Positions 40,489 to 54,638 of a stretch of DNA of 64,000 nucleotides are shown here, piece after piece. Numbering within the stretch: the stretch's first letter is position 1; each line of letters starts with the position of its first letter. The translations under genes were made by a program, and so were the position numbers. The notes under the pieces are model-generated. The model worked only from the letters and a program-made list of their open reading frames with translations. It did no database searches and was not told where the DNA came from. Source of the DNA: Octopus vulgaris (lineage: Eukaryota); the NCBI GenBank assembly GCA_951406725.2, contig OX597819.1, positions 91,512,001 to 91,576,000 of the forward strand, read 5' to 3'.

Positions 40489-43108
40489 TATATATATATA
40501 TATATATATATATAAATATAATACAAAATGGGATAAGAACGCAAAACATCCAGATAGACGATACAAAGAAAACAAGGACGGGTCATTCGGAGTTTTCTTT
40601 CCTCAGCCGAGTTCCAGATTATCTTTGAAATTTCGGCTGGTTATACTTGAGATTGCTCGAATCTGGAGAGCTGCAAGGACAAACTAAGCATTAAATTCCT
40701 TGGAAGAAAGCAGCGAATGTATGCGAAAACAAGGACGGAAAAAAACGGAGAATGTTACACAAATACAAATAACAAGACATAACAATAGGTTTCTTTCGAC
40801 TAAGGACGAATTAAATTAAGCTGGCGTGTGTGGAAATAAAGCCTTACGGCAAGGATACAAGGTTTCACAGGCAAGATTTCTTCTTCTTCTTCCAGTCAGG
40901 ACTCAGGCCATTAGCCACAAAGAATAATTTCTAATTCGAGCCTACTCTAAGCTACAAAGAATGCGTGCGGCAACTTGAAGATCCACCCACCACACGCGAT
41001 AGACTGGCGGTTGCACGGGCGCGAAAGCTACGTTGTTATCCTCATTCCGTAAACGGTGGCTTTTAACAGGTGGAGAGCTGGGGGTTTTCGCTTTGACCAG
41101 CAGATTTTTTAAATAATTTCTAAACACTTTTAAACTTCGTATACTGGTAGAATGTGTTTATAAAGCATATTTTTCTCTTGGCTTTCTTGAGAAAATTCTG
41201 TAGTTTGTAAGCTATTTGTTCTTTAATTTCTTGCATTTCGGCAATTTCAACCAATTAATGATGTCTATTGAGGTGAATTCAATTTCTGCCGGAGTGTGTC
41301 AACAACACTTATTTGCGGTGTCATAAGTTTACCACACCATAGTGGGTTACACCATCGTTTCTCTGCTTTGTGGCAGAAGTAGGAAGAAAGAGTGAGAAAA
41401 AGTTGCGGTGAAAGAATACAGCGTGGTTCACCACTACCCCAGCCAGAGCCTCGTGAAACTTATGTGTTTTTGCTCAATAAACACTCACAATGCCCGATCT
41501 GGGAATCGAAACCGCGTTCTTACGATCGCGAGTCTGCTACCCTAACCACTGGGCCATTGCGTCTCCACGTTGCTGTTGTTGCTATCAGTCTTTGCTGTTG
41601 TCATAGCAACAAGACGAAATTCCATTGCTTTGTGTAGATAATTTAACTCCGGCCATGCATACATAGAAAATTTCGTGAGGAAAAATAATTCCAGCCATAT
41701 AATTTTCGACCACGTGTTACAATGTTTAAATAAAATATGGCATAAGCAAATAAGAAAAAAGGCAAGCATGGCTACATTTGGAATTGAAATTGGGTCGACA
41801 GAACGCTGTTCACCGTCAATTATTTTGACGTATTCGGACATTTTTTATAAAGTGGAAAAAATATGCAAAATCTTCGTTTTCACACAAATGTAAAATAAAT
41901 ATCACTGAGTTACACCCCACACAGTGTCAGCAAAATAGTTATTACAAAATAATTGACTGAACGGTCTTAAGGAGCTCCAAATTTCCGTGTCTTCCCAGCA
42001 CCACGACGGCGACTGCGAGGCGGAAAGGTAAAGTCGACCTCAGTGAAATTTGGACTCAGAACATAAGTAGTAGGAAGAAATACCGCAACGCATTTTGTCC
42101 GACGCATTAACGCTTCTGCCTGCTGTTCGCTTTAATAATAACAATAATATTAAAATAATGTATAATGATACTTAACCTTATAATGAAACACTCAGGATAA
42201 TAAAAATTAATAATATCGATAAGTGTAAGCTGACTTTGCATTTGAAAATACGAAACTGCGTATATAAAATTGACAAACATCTCTAACTTAACGTTCCTTC
42301 TGAAAATCGTTGCTCATGGTAATATCATCTACATATTCTTTAAATTTTGAAGTAAGTTGTTATTTTTTGTTACATTTTGTGAATAGAAACTAAGACATTA
42401 ACTTATAAGGAACCTATTCTATTTTACAAGCCATTAACTATTTCTAAATAGACATCATTAATTGCTTATACTTTGAGAACATATTTCTGCCTGAAATGAA
42501 CTTCGTCAAAATCTAAAAGGATGGCTTGTTGAAAACTTTTACTCTAATTTACTGTTTTGGTAATTTTTATAGTTTTAAAAATGATAAATTTTCACCCCTA
42601 AAACTCCAATTGTACTTGCAAAAATGTCTGCTTTTTTTTCTTATTTTCTTATACCATATTTTATTTAAACATTGTAACACGTGGTCGTAATGTATATGGC
42701 TGGAATTATCTTTCCTCACTATATTTCCTATGTATGCATATTCTCTTACAAATATTTCTTAAAAGTTGTTGCTAAGCCTTCAGGTTATCACTTATGTAGC
42801 ATATCTGTGACAAAATATTCTTCAGCCGTGACCATCTCGCCTTTTTTTTTTTTTTGTATATCTGTAACAAGGTAACTCTGTTCTTATTGGAAGACATTTG
42901 GGGGTCTGATTTAAAGACGGTTTTTTGGCTGTTAAGTTCCCTTATTAGCTTATTTATAAATTTATCAGAGGAGGTCCTTTGCAAATACTTTAGATTAGTG
43001 AAATTAGTGCAGACAATGAACAGCTTGAACATTTGCAATGAAACAGATGGAAATGTGATTCAGGTTCACTACAGCGATTTTACTGCATGCAGTCTTCTTA
43101 TGATATCG

Positions 43109-43188
<80 letters not shown>

Positions 43189-43489
43189 GTTAAGCATTAA
43201 TTTACGTTTCTAATGAATACATGACAATTTATCGGCGTTTAATAATATGATTACAATTCATTGCTTTGGGTGTTAGAATCTTGGTTAAGAAGTCGCAGGA
43301 AAACATACTATGTGAGTTGTTTTCAGACTGTACACATGTATTGTCAATAAATGACTGACTTAAATTTATTGTTTCGTCTTAAATTTACTTCAGAAATTAA
43401 ACATTAACTAAAATGGCTTTACATAAGTGAAAAAAAAAAAACAAAAACATTTTTTTTCACTTATGTAAAGCCATTTTGTTTAATGTTTA

Positions 43490-43720
43490 CGACTTGATCC
43501 GGAAGCGAAAATCAGAAAAAAATACTGCAACGAGTGTAAACAAATGTGTTAGAAACGAATATGAGAGAAAAAAAAAATGCGCACAAAGCAACGGGAGGTG
43601 GGGAGAGGACCTCGGAAAATTCACAAGATCCGAGTTTTTCCCTCATAACTTTTAGGAAACTGTTTGGCGATGTTCTCGACAGTCCGAATTTTTGGCTTAA
43701 ATAGTACGTCAGTGACAAAC
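43490..43720 (+). promoter_or_regulatory. Candidate RRN3 promoter / non-coding first exon
   Basis: CpG-rich unique patch with an ETS-type CCGGAAG (~43499) and a CRE-like TACGTCA (~43705). The first coding exon starts at a splice acceptor, so an upstream UTR exon is required. Confidence 0.4.
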
Positions 43721-44503
43721 AAATGAGGAGGGTATCAAGTTGAGATGTGCTAAAAATAACGGTAAAATTACAGATTAAAATGTAGCTAAATAACTTTTAA
43801 AATACGCACTAAAAGAATTTTTTTTTTTTTTTTGGTTTTTGCACAATCGTATGAATTCCTGTGTGTACAAGGAAAATGCGTAAAAAAAGATTAAAAAAAA
43901 GAAAAATGATACGAGGGCTTATATGGGGTGCTTAAACGAGAAGACTGAAACGGTTTGGGAATCACTGGTTTAGACCATAACCTCAAACTTCTTTTGCATT
44001 TCGAAAATCCCCCTTCTGATTTTTATTTTGAACATCAAATGTTCACAATCTGCAAAATATAAAGAGTACAGTGATCCTGGAATGGCTATAAGTAACCACT
44101 TGAACAGACAAACAAAAGCAGTAATTAGGATTCCAGTTCTTTATGTATTCACGTGTTGATTACATGGATAATGAAGACTGATATCTTATAATGGTTATTT
44201 AAAACGATCTTCGTGAAAGGCAGATCACCACACAAATCTCTCTTGTATGAATCGAGTAGAGTTCTTGCTGTCCCTGACCCCATGTTGTAGCCCCTTGATG
44301 TGTGCCCATCAACAAATTCTCTGTTTACTGTTTAAATACAAGAACGAACAGTTCTTAGTGAGCTAGGAATGAATTACGTGTCCAAAAAGCTGATGAAACA
44401 TAATGCAAACAAACACATTGTCTTAATATGTTGTGTGTATGTACAAGTTGGACAGCTTACTCGAGTTTGTGTTGAGATCATGTTCAATATCTCACGTTCA
44501 GAT

Positions 44504-44901
44504 GACTGGCTTCCGTGCCGGTGGCATGTAAAATGCACCAATCCGATCGTGGCCGATGCCAGCGCTGCCTTGACTGGCTTCCGTGCCGGTGGCACGTAAA
44601 ATGCACCAATCCGATCGTGGCCGTTGCCAGCGCCACCTTGACTGGCTTCCGTGCCGATGTCACGTAAAATGCACCAATCCGATCGTGGCCGTTGCCAGCC
44701 TCGCCTGGCACCTGTGCAGGTGGCACGTAAAAAGCACCCACTACACTCACGGAGTGGTTGGCGTTAGGAAGGGCATCCAGCTGTAGAAACACTGCCAGAT
44801 CAGACTGGAGCCTGGTGCAGCCTTCTGGTTTCCCAGATCCCCGGTCAAACCGTCCAACCCATGCTAGCATGGAGAACGGACGTTAAACGATGATGATGAT
44901 G
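44504..44901 (+). mobile_element. RTE 3'UTR-type repeat with 68-bp tandem units
   Basis: gactggcttccgtgccg units at 44504, 44572 and 44640, then the conserved tail ggacgttaaacgatgatgat. Confidence 0.8.
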
Positions 44902-47276
44902 AACAGTTACTGTTGACTGAATATGAATGCTGGAAGCTGAGCATGCTCTCTTTTCTTCCATGTTGATTGATATGAATGCCTTCCTTCCTAATAGCTTCAG
45001 CATTACAATGATGTAGTGATGTGTTAACTTGAATCTGTGTTCAAGTTTGTCAAGGTTGTTTCTGACAAGTCTATCTTTCTTGATGTTGTTTGTTTCTTAC
45101 ATGCATATTATTAACATCATTATCTTAATGTTTAGAAGAGGAAGGGGAAAAAAGATAGAAAAAAAAAAATTCCAACCGCTAGTCTAACATTTGTTCGCTG
45201 CGTCATCATGAATTACTAGGCTGGCTTCACTATGAATAACTGCACTTGTTACACATTGCTAAGCTTTGGGGTATTGTTTTTACTAGCATGACAATTAGGT
45301 TTGATAGATATTACAAATTTAGTGTCATACTCTAAGCCACATAACTCTATTATTAGCAGATGGAATGACGATATAGTAGTTTTTGCCATTGGTTCAGTTT
45401 TATGAATTTTTATTAGTTTGTCAAGGTTGTTTCTGACAATTTTATCTTTCTTGATATTGTTTGTTTCATACTTGTATATTAACATTATTATCTTAACAAA
45501 GTTTAGAAGACAATTAAAAAAAAAAAAAAAAAAATTCCAACTACTAGCCTAATATTTGTTCCCCTGAGTCATCAGAATATCTATTCTTGTCTGTACATAG
45601 TGCCAGACCTAGCTCAAACTAGGATCCTTTATTTCTACTCTCTTTCTCTCTCTGGGTAGCCATGTACTTCTTCTACAGCAAGATATCTGTTTCTTTCTCT
45701 CTGTTACACTAACTTTTCATCACTTGGCACAAGATCACCTCCTCCAATTCCTCCTCTCAAAGATTCCTTGTCTTGCAAAGTTACTTGGTGACCCTGCCAG
45801 TGCAGGTGCCACTTAAAAAGCATCCGGTCCACACAGTAAAGTGTTTGGCATTTGGAAGAGCATTCAGCTGTAAAAACCATGTCAAAGCTGACCTCACCTG
45901 TGCTGGTGCCACGTAAAAAGCACTCAGCCCAGTCTCTGAAGTGGTTGGTGTTAGGAAGGACATCCAGCCGTAAAATACCATGCCAAAACAGACACCGATG
46001 TATGGTGCAAGCTTCTGTCTGGCCAGGTCCTAACAAACTGTCCAACTCATGCCAGTTTGGAAGGTGGATGATGATGATGGTAATAATGTTTTAATTGAAT
46101 TAGCATATTTGATGGCATAAAAGATACATAGGGATATTAAGATGGACCCCAGTTTCTGCAGTGCATATTCAGGAAAAACGTTTTTAGTTGATTACTTTAA
46201 GTATTATATGCTTTAATCATCATCATTTAACATCTATTTTCCATGCTGGCATAAGTTAGATGGTTTAACTGGAGCTGGTAAGCTGGAGAGCTGCACCAGG
46301 TTTCAGTCTGATTGTGGCTTGGTTTCTACAGCTGGATACCCTTTCTAACACCAACCACTTTACAGTGAATATTGAGTGTTTTCAGTGTTTTGGTACATAA
46401 AATAGCATGTTTTGATAGCTTGTAATATTTAAAATAATGTAGCATACATTACAAAACATTATAAAAGTACCTTAGCTATAGCAGAAAACATTGCAGTCTA
46501 TAAAATGTAAGTTAGCAGTAAAGCTGAACATAACTCATGCTAGCATGGAAAAACGGACGTTAAACAATGATGATGATGATAATAAAAAATATGGCAGTGA
46601 AAATATCCTTTATGATTTACAACATCAAGCACAAAATTAGCTTATGGGATGCCCAACTAAGCATAAAGGACCTGGAGTAATTTTTTGAGGTTTTTTTTTA
46701 TTTTTAGAAAAAGTGAGTCTTACATGCCATCAATTCTTCATCATCACCATTTAATGTTGGCTTTCCATGCTGGCATGGGTTGGACAGTCTGACATGGAGC
46801 TGACTTGCAGGGAGCTGTTCAGACTCCAACTGTTTGTTGTGATATGATTTCTATGGATGGATGCCCTTCCTAATGCCAACCACTGGACAGAGTGTACTGG
46901 ATGTGATTATGCAGCATCAGCACAAGTGCTTTTTATGTGGAACCAGCACCTGAAGGGACAAACCTGTGTATGTGGAAGACAGTGATTTTACTTAGCTTAA
47001 CATGTCTTATCTAGTGCAGCGAATCATCACATCTCCTGGTCCCTTATCTTTTCCCCAGTGAAGCCCAGCATCCAAAGATCCTTTCTCACCACATCATCCC
47101 ACTTCTTCCTAGGTGTACCCCTTGCACAGGTACCCTCCACAATTAGAGCTCAGCACTTCTTTATGCAGCTGTCCTCATCCTTATGCATTATAATAACAAA
47201 AAAATATTTGTGAGATTCAGTAATAATAAACTAGTTTTTATTTCAAATTGCAGGTTTTTCTTGATAAACTTCAACG

Positions 47277-47357
47277 ATGAGTAAGAAAACTGCTAAGAAG
47301 AAACCCTATATTCAGAAAAAGTTTGATGTTACTGTGGCATTGGAACAACACAAAAAG
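47277..47357 (+). CDS. RRN3: RNA polymerase I initiation factor RRN3/TIF-IA, first coding exon
   Basis: Acceptor ttgcag at 47253; in-frame TGA TAA just upstream of the ATG; reads MSKKTAKKKPYIQKKFDVTVALEQHKK|GT, resembling the vertebrate ...VTEVLLKYKK|G segment. Confidence 0.75.
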
Positions 47358-47587
47358 GTTTTTCTTTTTAAATTTCACTTTTTGATTAAGGCCTTTGCTT
47401 TGAATAACTGGGAGCTATAATAACAATTTAAACCTTGGAATGTTTCTCATTTGAATTTTCTTCTGCTCACATTTTTATTATTATTTTCTATTTTCTGTTC
47501 AATCCAGTGAAAGAGTTTTCAAGAAAATAATAGTTCGATAGTGATGAATATTGTCATTCAGTTGTTTTTCTATATTTTTTATTTCAG

Positions 47588-47641
47588 GGGAAAAATGACC
47601 TCTACCTGGATCTTATGACCCAGTTAAAAAAGTATCAAGAT
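47588..47641 (+). CDS. RRN3: RRN3 coding exon 2
   Basis: tttcag|GKNDLYLDLMTQLKKYQD|gtaagt; 54 nt, phase 0. Confidence 0.82.
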
Positions 47642-48289
47642 GTAAGTAAGAGATTGTACAATTGTAGATCATTGTAAAATGTGATTGTTTGAATGGCTAA
47701 AATTATTTTCAGTTTTTCTCTTAAATTTTTTAATTCTTGTGTTATGTTTAACCCTTTAGCATTCAGATTACTTTTTTTTAAATGTGATATTTATTCATAT
47801 TGTTTTGAATTAATCATGCGTTATCTTATAGCTTAGAAATTTCAATGATGTGATTGTATATTTCTAGAATGACATTGTAGGGTAGGTGTGAGAAGCTGGA
47901 TCTAGCCAATTTGAGCATATATCAAGTAGAATATTTAGACTGGATGTGGTTAGTTTAAATGCTAAAAAGTTAACCAATAAACCAGAGAAGACCACCCAAA
48001 CTAAGATACCTGATTTTTTTATCAATGAAATCCTGTTTGTTTTGGGGGAGATACTGAGTTAGAATTTAGGTTCATCATATAATTATGGAAGTTGATTTCT
48101 GTGTTTAAAGAGCCAAAGTTGTTGAAAAAACAGTTTGAAATTTGTTAAAATTTGGATAGCTTCCTGTAAAGTATGCTATTTATCATGTTAGTAGTTTAAA
48201 ACCTTTTTAGATTTCATCAATCAACCCCCCACCCCACCCCTTAATCAGGTAAGTAGTAGCTTCTCATATTCATGAATATTATGCTATAT

Positions 48290-49185
48290 TGATCGACAAT
48301 TGCCGACGATGTCAAACTGGTCGCTCCTCGCGGTGATATAGAGGATCTTCGTCGATGCCTCCACCAAATTTGGAGATGGTCTAACGAATGGGACCTGTGT
48401 CTGAATGTGTCAAAGTGCTGTCATCTGCCTGTTGGCTCTCCTCCTGCAAATCAACTTGATTTTGAGCCGGGTCGTCTGCTGCTGGAGAGGACCGATCAGG
48501 TAAAGGACCTGGGTATCTTGGTGGATTCCTCCTTTTCGCCTTCGGCCCAGTGCATCCATGCTGCCAACAAAGCACGCGGAATTCTGTACTTGATTCGACG
48601 GTCATTCGGAATGCTCACAGCAGCCATATTCTTACCGCTCTATGTCACACTGGTGAGACCCATATTGGAGTACAGGATTCAAGCCTCTTCTCCTTATCTC
48701 CTCAAAGACATACAGCATCTCGAAAGAGTCCAGAAGCTGGCTACCCTCATGGTTCTTGGTCTCAAGAATTTGTCTTATGAAGAAAGGCTGAAGACGCTTG
48801 ACCTTTATTCTCTAGAAAAACGACAACACCGTGGAGATCTCATTTTTGCTCACAACATCATATGCGGAAAGTGTAACCTCTCGAAAGAGCTGTTCTTCAC
48901 TCCTGCTCCAGAGCGTCGGCTGCAGGGTCATTCCAAAAAGCTCTATCTGCGACGATTTCATCTCAATCGAAGGAGAGGGGCTTTCTCCGTCCAGGTTGCG
49001 GATCCGTGGAATAAACTGCCAGACGAGATGGTGAAGATGCTGACGACCACTTGGTTCAAAGTCTCCCTTGACCTCAACTGGCCTGAACTCTTTACATGAA
49101 CTTCACCCTGTACATAACTCCATGTCCCCCTACATGGCCTTGCTTTTTGCTTTTTGAGCAAAAAAATTAACTAAAACTAAATAAT
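48290..49185 (+). mobile_element. CR1-group LINE 3' fragment (RT C-terminus)
   Basis: ADDVKL, KDLGILVD, LVRPILEY, LERVQK.AT and YEERLKTLDL motifs; 3'UTR and taact tail. Confidence 0.9.
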
Positions 49186-49557
49186 ACAATATTTGACCAG
49201 AAGAAGTGCATCTATATATTGTTTTGTGAAGTTACATTTCTTATTATTATCAGCATGCCTTTTTTGAGCTGTTCATTAACCCTTTAATTACCATAATTCT
49301 TTTGAATAACACTGCCTTTATTTCAGTTAATTAAAAAATATAATGAAGAATATATTAAAATAAATTTATCATTATTAAGCTGGTGTTCAGAACATAACAT
49401 GATAGTTTGATGGAATGTTTTATCATTTTAAAACAAGAATTTCATATCACAGAACCAGGGGTGGTTCTGAGTGGGTTGGTATTAAAAGGATTAATAAGCT
49501 TCCTTGTAAATAGAAATTCTATCAAAATGAATGTATTGTTACATTTCTTTTTCTCAG

Positions 49558-49647
49558 GTGAAGTTATTAAAAGCCTACCTGACTGACTTCCAGGATTGTG
49601 TTAGTCTCCTTGATGGACGTTACTATGATTTTGTGCGAGATGTATCT
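49558..49647 (+). CDS. RRN3: RRN3 coding exon 3
   Basis: tctcag|VKLLKAYLTDFQDCVSLLDGRYYDFVRDVS|gtgagt; 90 nt. Confidence 0.85.
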
Positions 49648-49794
49648 GTGAGTAATGCTGTTTTTTTTTTCTGTTTGATTAGTTGCTTGACATCTCTAAA
49701 AAATTAGTTATGGGATGTGTTTCTCTGTGATATGGTGACAGCATGGGATGTGTTGCCTTACTTTTAGGTTCTAACTTTGTAAAACTTTTTGTAA

Positions 49795-51180
49795 CCACAG
49801 AACTAGAGAAGTTTCAGGTGTGGAAGCAAGGTTTAGAATTGAAGGGACTTAGAGTCAACCTAGCAAAAACCAAAGTCTTAATAAGTAAGAAGGCAGACAA
49901 ACTCGATCTGTAGAAAAGGCGTAGGTAGAAACTCTATAAGACCCAGTGTAAGCTATGGACACATAAGAAGCACTCCAATATCAAAAGAAGGCTAACTGGG
50001 AAGATAGTTTTTGTGTGTGGAAAATGCTCAGGAGCAATAAACACTGAAAATGTGCAGAGAACGGGGGAAAACTACAAGTAGTTGATAGCTTCTGTTACTT
50101 AGGTGACCAAGTCAGTAGTTGCGGTGGATACTCTGAAAGTGTAGCTGCTAGAATAAGAATAGCCTGAGCAAAGTTAAGAGAGCTCCTACCTCTGCGGAGA
50201 GGAAGGGCCTCTTAGAGTAAAAGGTAGACTGTATGACGCATGTGTGTAAACAGCCATGCTACATGGCAGTGAAACATGGGCAGTGACTGCTGAGGACATG
50301 TGTAAGCTTGCAGGGAATGAAGTCAGTATGCTCCGCTGGATGTGTAATGCCAGTGTGCATACACGACAGAGTGTAAGCACCCTGAGAGGAAAGTTGGACT
50401 TCAGAAGCATCAGATATGGTGTTCAAGAGAGACAACTGCACTGGTATGGTCATGTGTTGCGAATAGATGAGGGCAGCTCTGTGTAAAAGTGTCACACCCT
50501 AGCAGTAGAGGGAACCTGTGGAAGAGTTAGACCTAGGAAAGCCTGGGATGAGGTGGTGAAGCACGGCCTTTGAACAGTGGGCCTCACCGAGGCAATGACA
50601 ACTGACTGAGACCTTTGGAAATATGCTGTGATTGAGAAGACCCAGCAAACTAAGTGAGACCCTAACTGTGGCCTATAACCAGACCATTTAAGAGTACCCT
50701 TCAATCATTGTTCAATAAACTGTGCTTACGAAGACCTGTTGAGGTAGGTGAAATCGTTGTCGTGGCCGATGACAGTACTGCCTGATTGGTACCCATACCT
50801 GTGGCACATTAAAAGCACCATTTGAGCGTGATCATTGCCAGTGCCGCCTGATTGACTGGTGCTGGTGGCATGTAAAAAACACCATTTGAGTGTGATTGTT
50901 GCTAGTGCCGCCTAACTGGCTCCTGTGCTGGTGACACGTAAAAAGCACCATTTGAGCGTGGTTGATGCCAGTACTGCCTGACTGGCCCTCATTCCAGTAG
51001 CACGTAAAAAGCACCCACTACACTCTCAGAGTGGTTGACGTTAGGAATGGCATCCAGCTGTAGAAACTTTACCAGATCAGATTGGAGCCTGGTGCAGCCT
51101 TCTGGCTTGCCAGCCCTCAGTCAAATCGTCCAACCCATGCCAGGATGGAAAGTGGATATTAAATGGTGATGATGATGATA
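49795..51180 (+). mobile_element. RTE LINE 3' part with tandem-repeat 3'UTR and (GAT)n tail
   Basis: LELKGLRVNLAKTK, MLHGSETW and LHWYGHVLR motifs, followed directly by ~60-bp tandem units and the ...AAATGGTGATGATGAT tail. Confidence 0.88.
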
Positions 51181-51736
51181 TGACCATACCGGCACAGTAT
51201 GCCCTCTTGCTCACTGCATATGTGTTTGTTAAAATTTCCTGCATTTTGCCTTATAAAGTCCTGTATTACTCTGTTGTCATCTGTTCAGTGTCTATGTTCA
51301 GATCCTCCTCAAACCAACTTTTTCCTTTCTTCATAACTGAGGTGTTTAATTAACTGTACATCATTTTTACATAATTTTTTTTTTTATTCAGCCAAAATAA
51401 TAATGTTCTTTTTTCTCAGTTATGGGAGAACTCTAAACCCCCACATGACCGAAGGTGGAGTAACCGATTGCAATAAATAAGAACTGATTGAACTGTTAGG
51501 GAGGATAGTTGATGGTGTTAGTTTGACTGTGCTAGTTCGTCGTGTGTTGGTTTAACAGTCAGTAGTTGAACAGTGAATATCGAGTATTGTTCAAGTAGTA
51601 CAGAGTGCGTTCTGTGTTAATATTTCTGCGACAGGTTATTTTTAGATAACTACAACTGACTATTTATTTGTGTAATACCATTTTACACCAAACTTGTATA
51701 CCCACGTCATAACACTTTCTTCTGCATTTTTTTCAG

Positions 51737-51863
51737 GTTGTAAATTGGTTTGTAAATGAAGCTCTGAGCAAACACTATCTATCATTTCTTAAAAGATTGG
51801 TCGTGGCCCAACCTGTTCACTTAAAATTCATTCTTCAGAAGTTGTTGCAACATTTTAAACCTG
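51737..51863 (+). CDS. RRN3: RRN3 coding exon 4
   Basis: tttcag|VVNWFVNEALSKHYLSFLKRLVVAQPVHLKFILQKLLQHFKP|gtaatg; matches the RRN3 'Y..FL..LV.AQ...HF.P' segment; 127 nt. Confidence 0.9.
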
Positions 51864-53514
51864 GTAATGATGATTTTTAAATTTATAGATTTATCTTTTG
51901 CTTGTTTCACTCATTGGATTGCAGCCATGGTGGGGCACCATCTTGAACGATATAGTCAAATAAATTGACCCCAGTTGTTACTTTTAAGTCTGATACTTAT
52001 TCTGTTGGTCTTTTTTCCCTCACTGCTATGTTACAAGGACATAAACCAACACTAGTTGTCAAGCAGTGGAGGGCTACAAAATGTATGTATATGTATGTCT
52101 GTATATATCTATCTCTATCTATCTCTATCTATCTCTATCTATCTCTATCTATCTATCTATCTATCTATCTATATATATATATATATATATATATAGGCTG
52201 TGTGGTTAGGGAGCTTGTTTCCTAGCTACATGGTTTCGGGTTCAGTCCCACTGCGTGGCACTTAGGGTTGGTGTCTTCCACTATAGCCCTGAGCCGACCG
52301 GAGCTTTGTGATTGAATTCGGTAGGTGGAAGTTACTGCCGTGTGTGTATGTTATATATATATATATATCTTGTATATAGGCATGTGGGTTAGGGTATTCG
52401 GCTCATGATCGTAAGAGTTCAATTCCTGGGGATGCATTGTGTCCTTGAGCAAGTCTCTTCATTTCACGTTGCTCCAGTTCACTCAGCTGGCAAAAATGTG
52501 TAGTACCTACTTTTCAAAGGACCAGCCTTGGCACATTCTGTGTCATGCTGAATCTCCCTGAGAACTACGTAAAGGGTACATGTGTTTGTGGAGTGCTCAG
52601 CTACTTGCATGTTAATTTCACAAGCAAGCTTTTCTGTTGAACAGGAACCCTTGTCATCATAATGGATGGAGTTCTTATTTTTGTTTATATGTATGTATAT
52701 ACATATATGCACAGAAGCACACACATACATATGAATGGCTTCCACAGTTTCCATCTACTGTATTCATTCATAAAGCATTGGTTGACTTAGAGATATAGTA
52801 GAAAATACTTGATCAAGGTGCTGTGCAATGGGACTAAACCTGAAATTGCATGGGTTACACTTCTTAACCACTCAGCCATGCCTGTGCCTAAGTATGTGTT
52901 TATTTTTGTCTGTCATTTCACCTTGTGATTTTGATGACATGTAATAGGCACAAACGTACCTATAGGTGCAGGCATAGATGTATGATTAGAAAGTTAGTTT
53001 TGCAATCATGTGATTTCATATTCAATGCATGGCACTTTGTGCAAGTTTCTTCTACTATACTTCTGCTATTTATAAAGCACTGGTCACCTTGGGGTGACCA
53101 ATGCTTTATAAATGGATCTGCTAGATAGAAACTGACAGAAACTGACAGAAACCTGCTTATGTGTGAATGTTGATTCTGTGTGTCCTCATTAACACTATCA
53201 AAGCAAAAACAAAGCAAAAAAAAAAAAAAAAAAATATTGCAGTTATGAGATTGAACTTAGAACCATAAAATCAATAGAGTAGCATGGTTTACTATGGGTG
53301 TTATATTTGATAAACTCAATGGAGTTGTGGCAACCTTTTAATTTTTTAAATAGTTAATAGTAACTAGTTTGTGGACATGCTGGGACAATATCATCATCAT
53401 CATCATTTTTATTTTCTGTACACTGATTTCTGTTGGCAATCAAAGGTCTCTCTCTCTCCTAATTAAAGGAAGATTGTATGATACATGTATATGAACTCGT
53501 CTGTACATTTGTGG

Positions 53515-53970
53515 CAGATCATTAGTGTATCGAGGGAAATGTTGAACATAAGAGGAATTAGATGCACTGTGCAAGAGAGAAGATTGCACTGGTTTGGTTA
53601 TATGATGCATATGGATGTTGACAGTTGTATACAGAAGTGCTGATCACTTAAAGTGGATGGAACTTGTGGAAGAGGGAGACCCAGGAAGACATGGGACCAA
53701 GTATCGAAGGCTAATCTCAAGACACTGAACCTTACAAAGGAGATGACTAAGGATTGAGATATCTAATGCCTTGCTGTACTCAAAAAGACTTGTCTGTCAC
53801 AGCTGAATTGATACCAGTGCTGGTGTCACATAAAAAGCACCTTGTATACTCAGTGGAGAACTTGACATTAGGAAGTGCCTCCAGCCATTGAACAGAGCAT
53901 GGGACTTGGTGTGACTCCTTGCCTCACAAACTCCAGTCAAACCATCCAACCCTTGCCAGCATGAAAAATG
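53515..53970 (+). mobile_element. RTE LINE 3' fragment
   Basis: RLHWFGYMM...GRGRPRKTW segment plus a degenerate 3'UTR. Confidence 0.7.
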
Positions 53971-54407
53971 TTGGTTATGACAAGGGTTCCAGTTGATCTG
54001 ATCAATGGAACAGCCTGTTTGGGAAATTAATGTGCAAGTTGGTGAGCATTCCACAGACACATGTACCCATAATGCAATTCTCAGAGAGATTCAGCATGAC
54101 ACAGAATGTGACAAAGTCAGCCTTTTGAATTACATGTACAATTCATTTTTGTCTGTTGAGTGGACTGGAGCAACGTAAAAGAAATTGACATGCTCAAGGA
54201 CACATGCTGCCTGGAATTGAACTCCTGATCTTACGGTTGTGAGCCGATCACCCTAAACACTAAATCATGCTATCTATCTTTTAGAGTTGAAAAATGCTCA
54301 TTAGAATTTCAAACTTTTCTTTTAATTGTTAAGTTATTCTTTTGTAAATATTGCAGAATAAATCTGCAGGCCTGGTTTGCATAACTTTTATTGTATTTTT
54401 TTTTTAG

Positions 54408-54510
54408 CGTTAAATTCTTCTCTTCCTGTGGATATTCAACAAAAAGAACATTGGATATTATGTGGTCACATTCAGCTTGCTCTGAAATCTATCTATGACA
54501 ATATGCCTAT
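54408..54510 (+). CDS. RRN3: RRN3 coding exon 5
   Basis: ttttag|(A)LNSSLPVDIQQKEHWILCGHIQLALKSIYDNMP(M)|gtaagt; 103 nt, phases fit both neighbours. Confidence 0.87.
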
Positions 54511-54638
54511 GTAAGTTATCCCATTTTGTTTACTTTTTCTCTTGTATAATTTCCTTCTTTCACCTGTCTGCCTCTGTCTTGATAACACCTGGAAACTGTA
54601 AGCTTGGCTTTTCTAGCTTTTCCTTTTCTCCTTTACAG

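Noticed and set aside
44504-44730. Regularly spaced repeats resembling a CRISPR array
   Set aside because: The whole 68-bp unit is repeated with no unique spacers, there are no cas genes, and the same units follow an RTE ORF at 50750-51000; this is a LINE 3'UTR.
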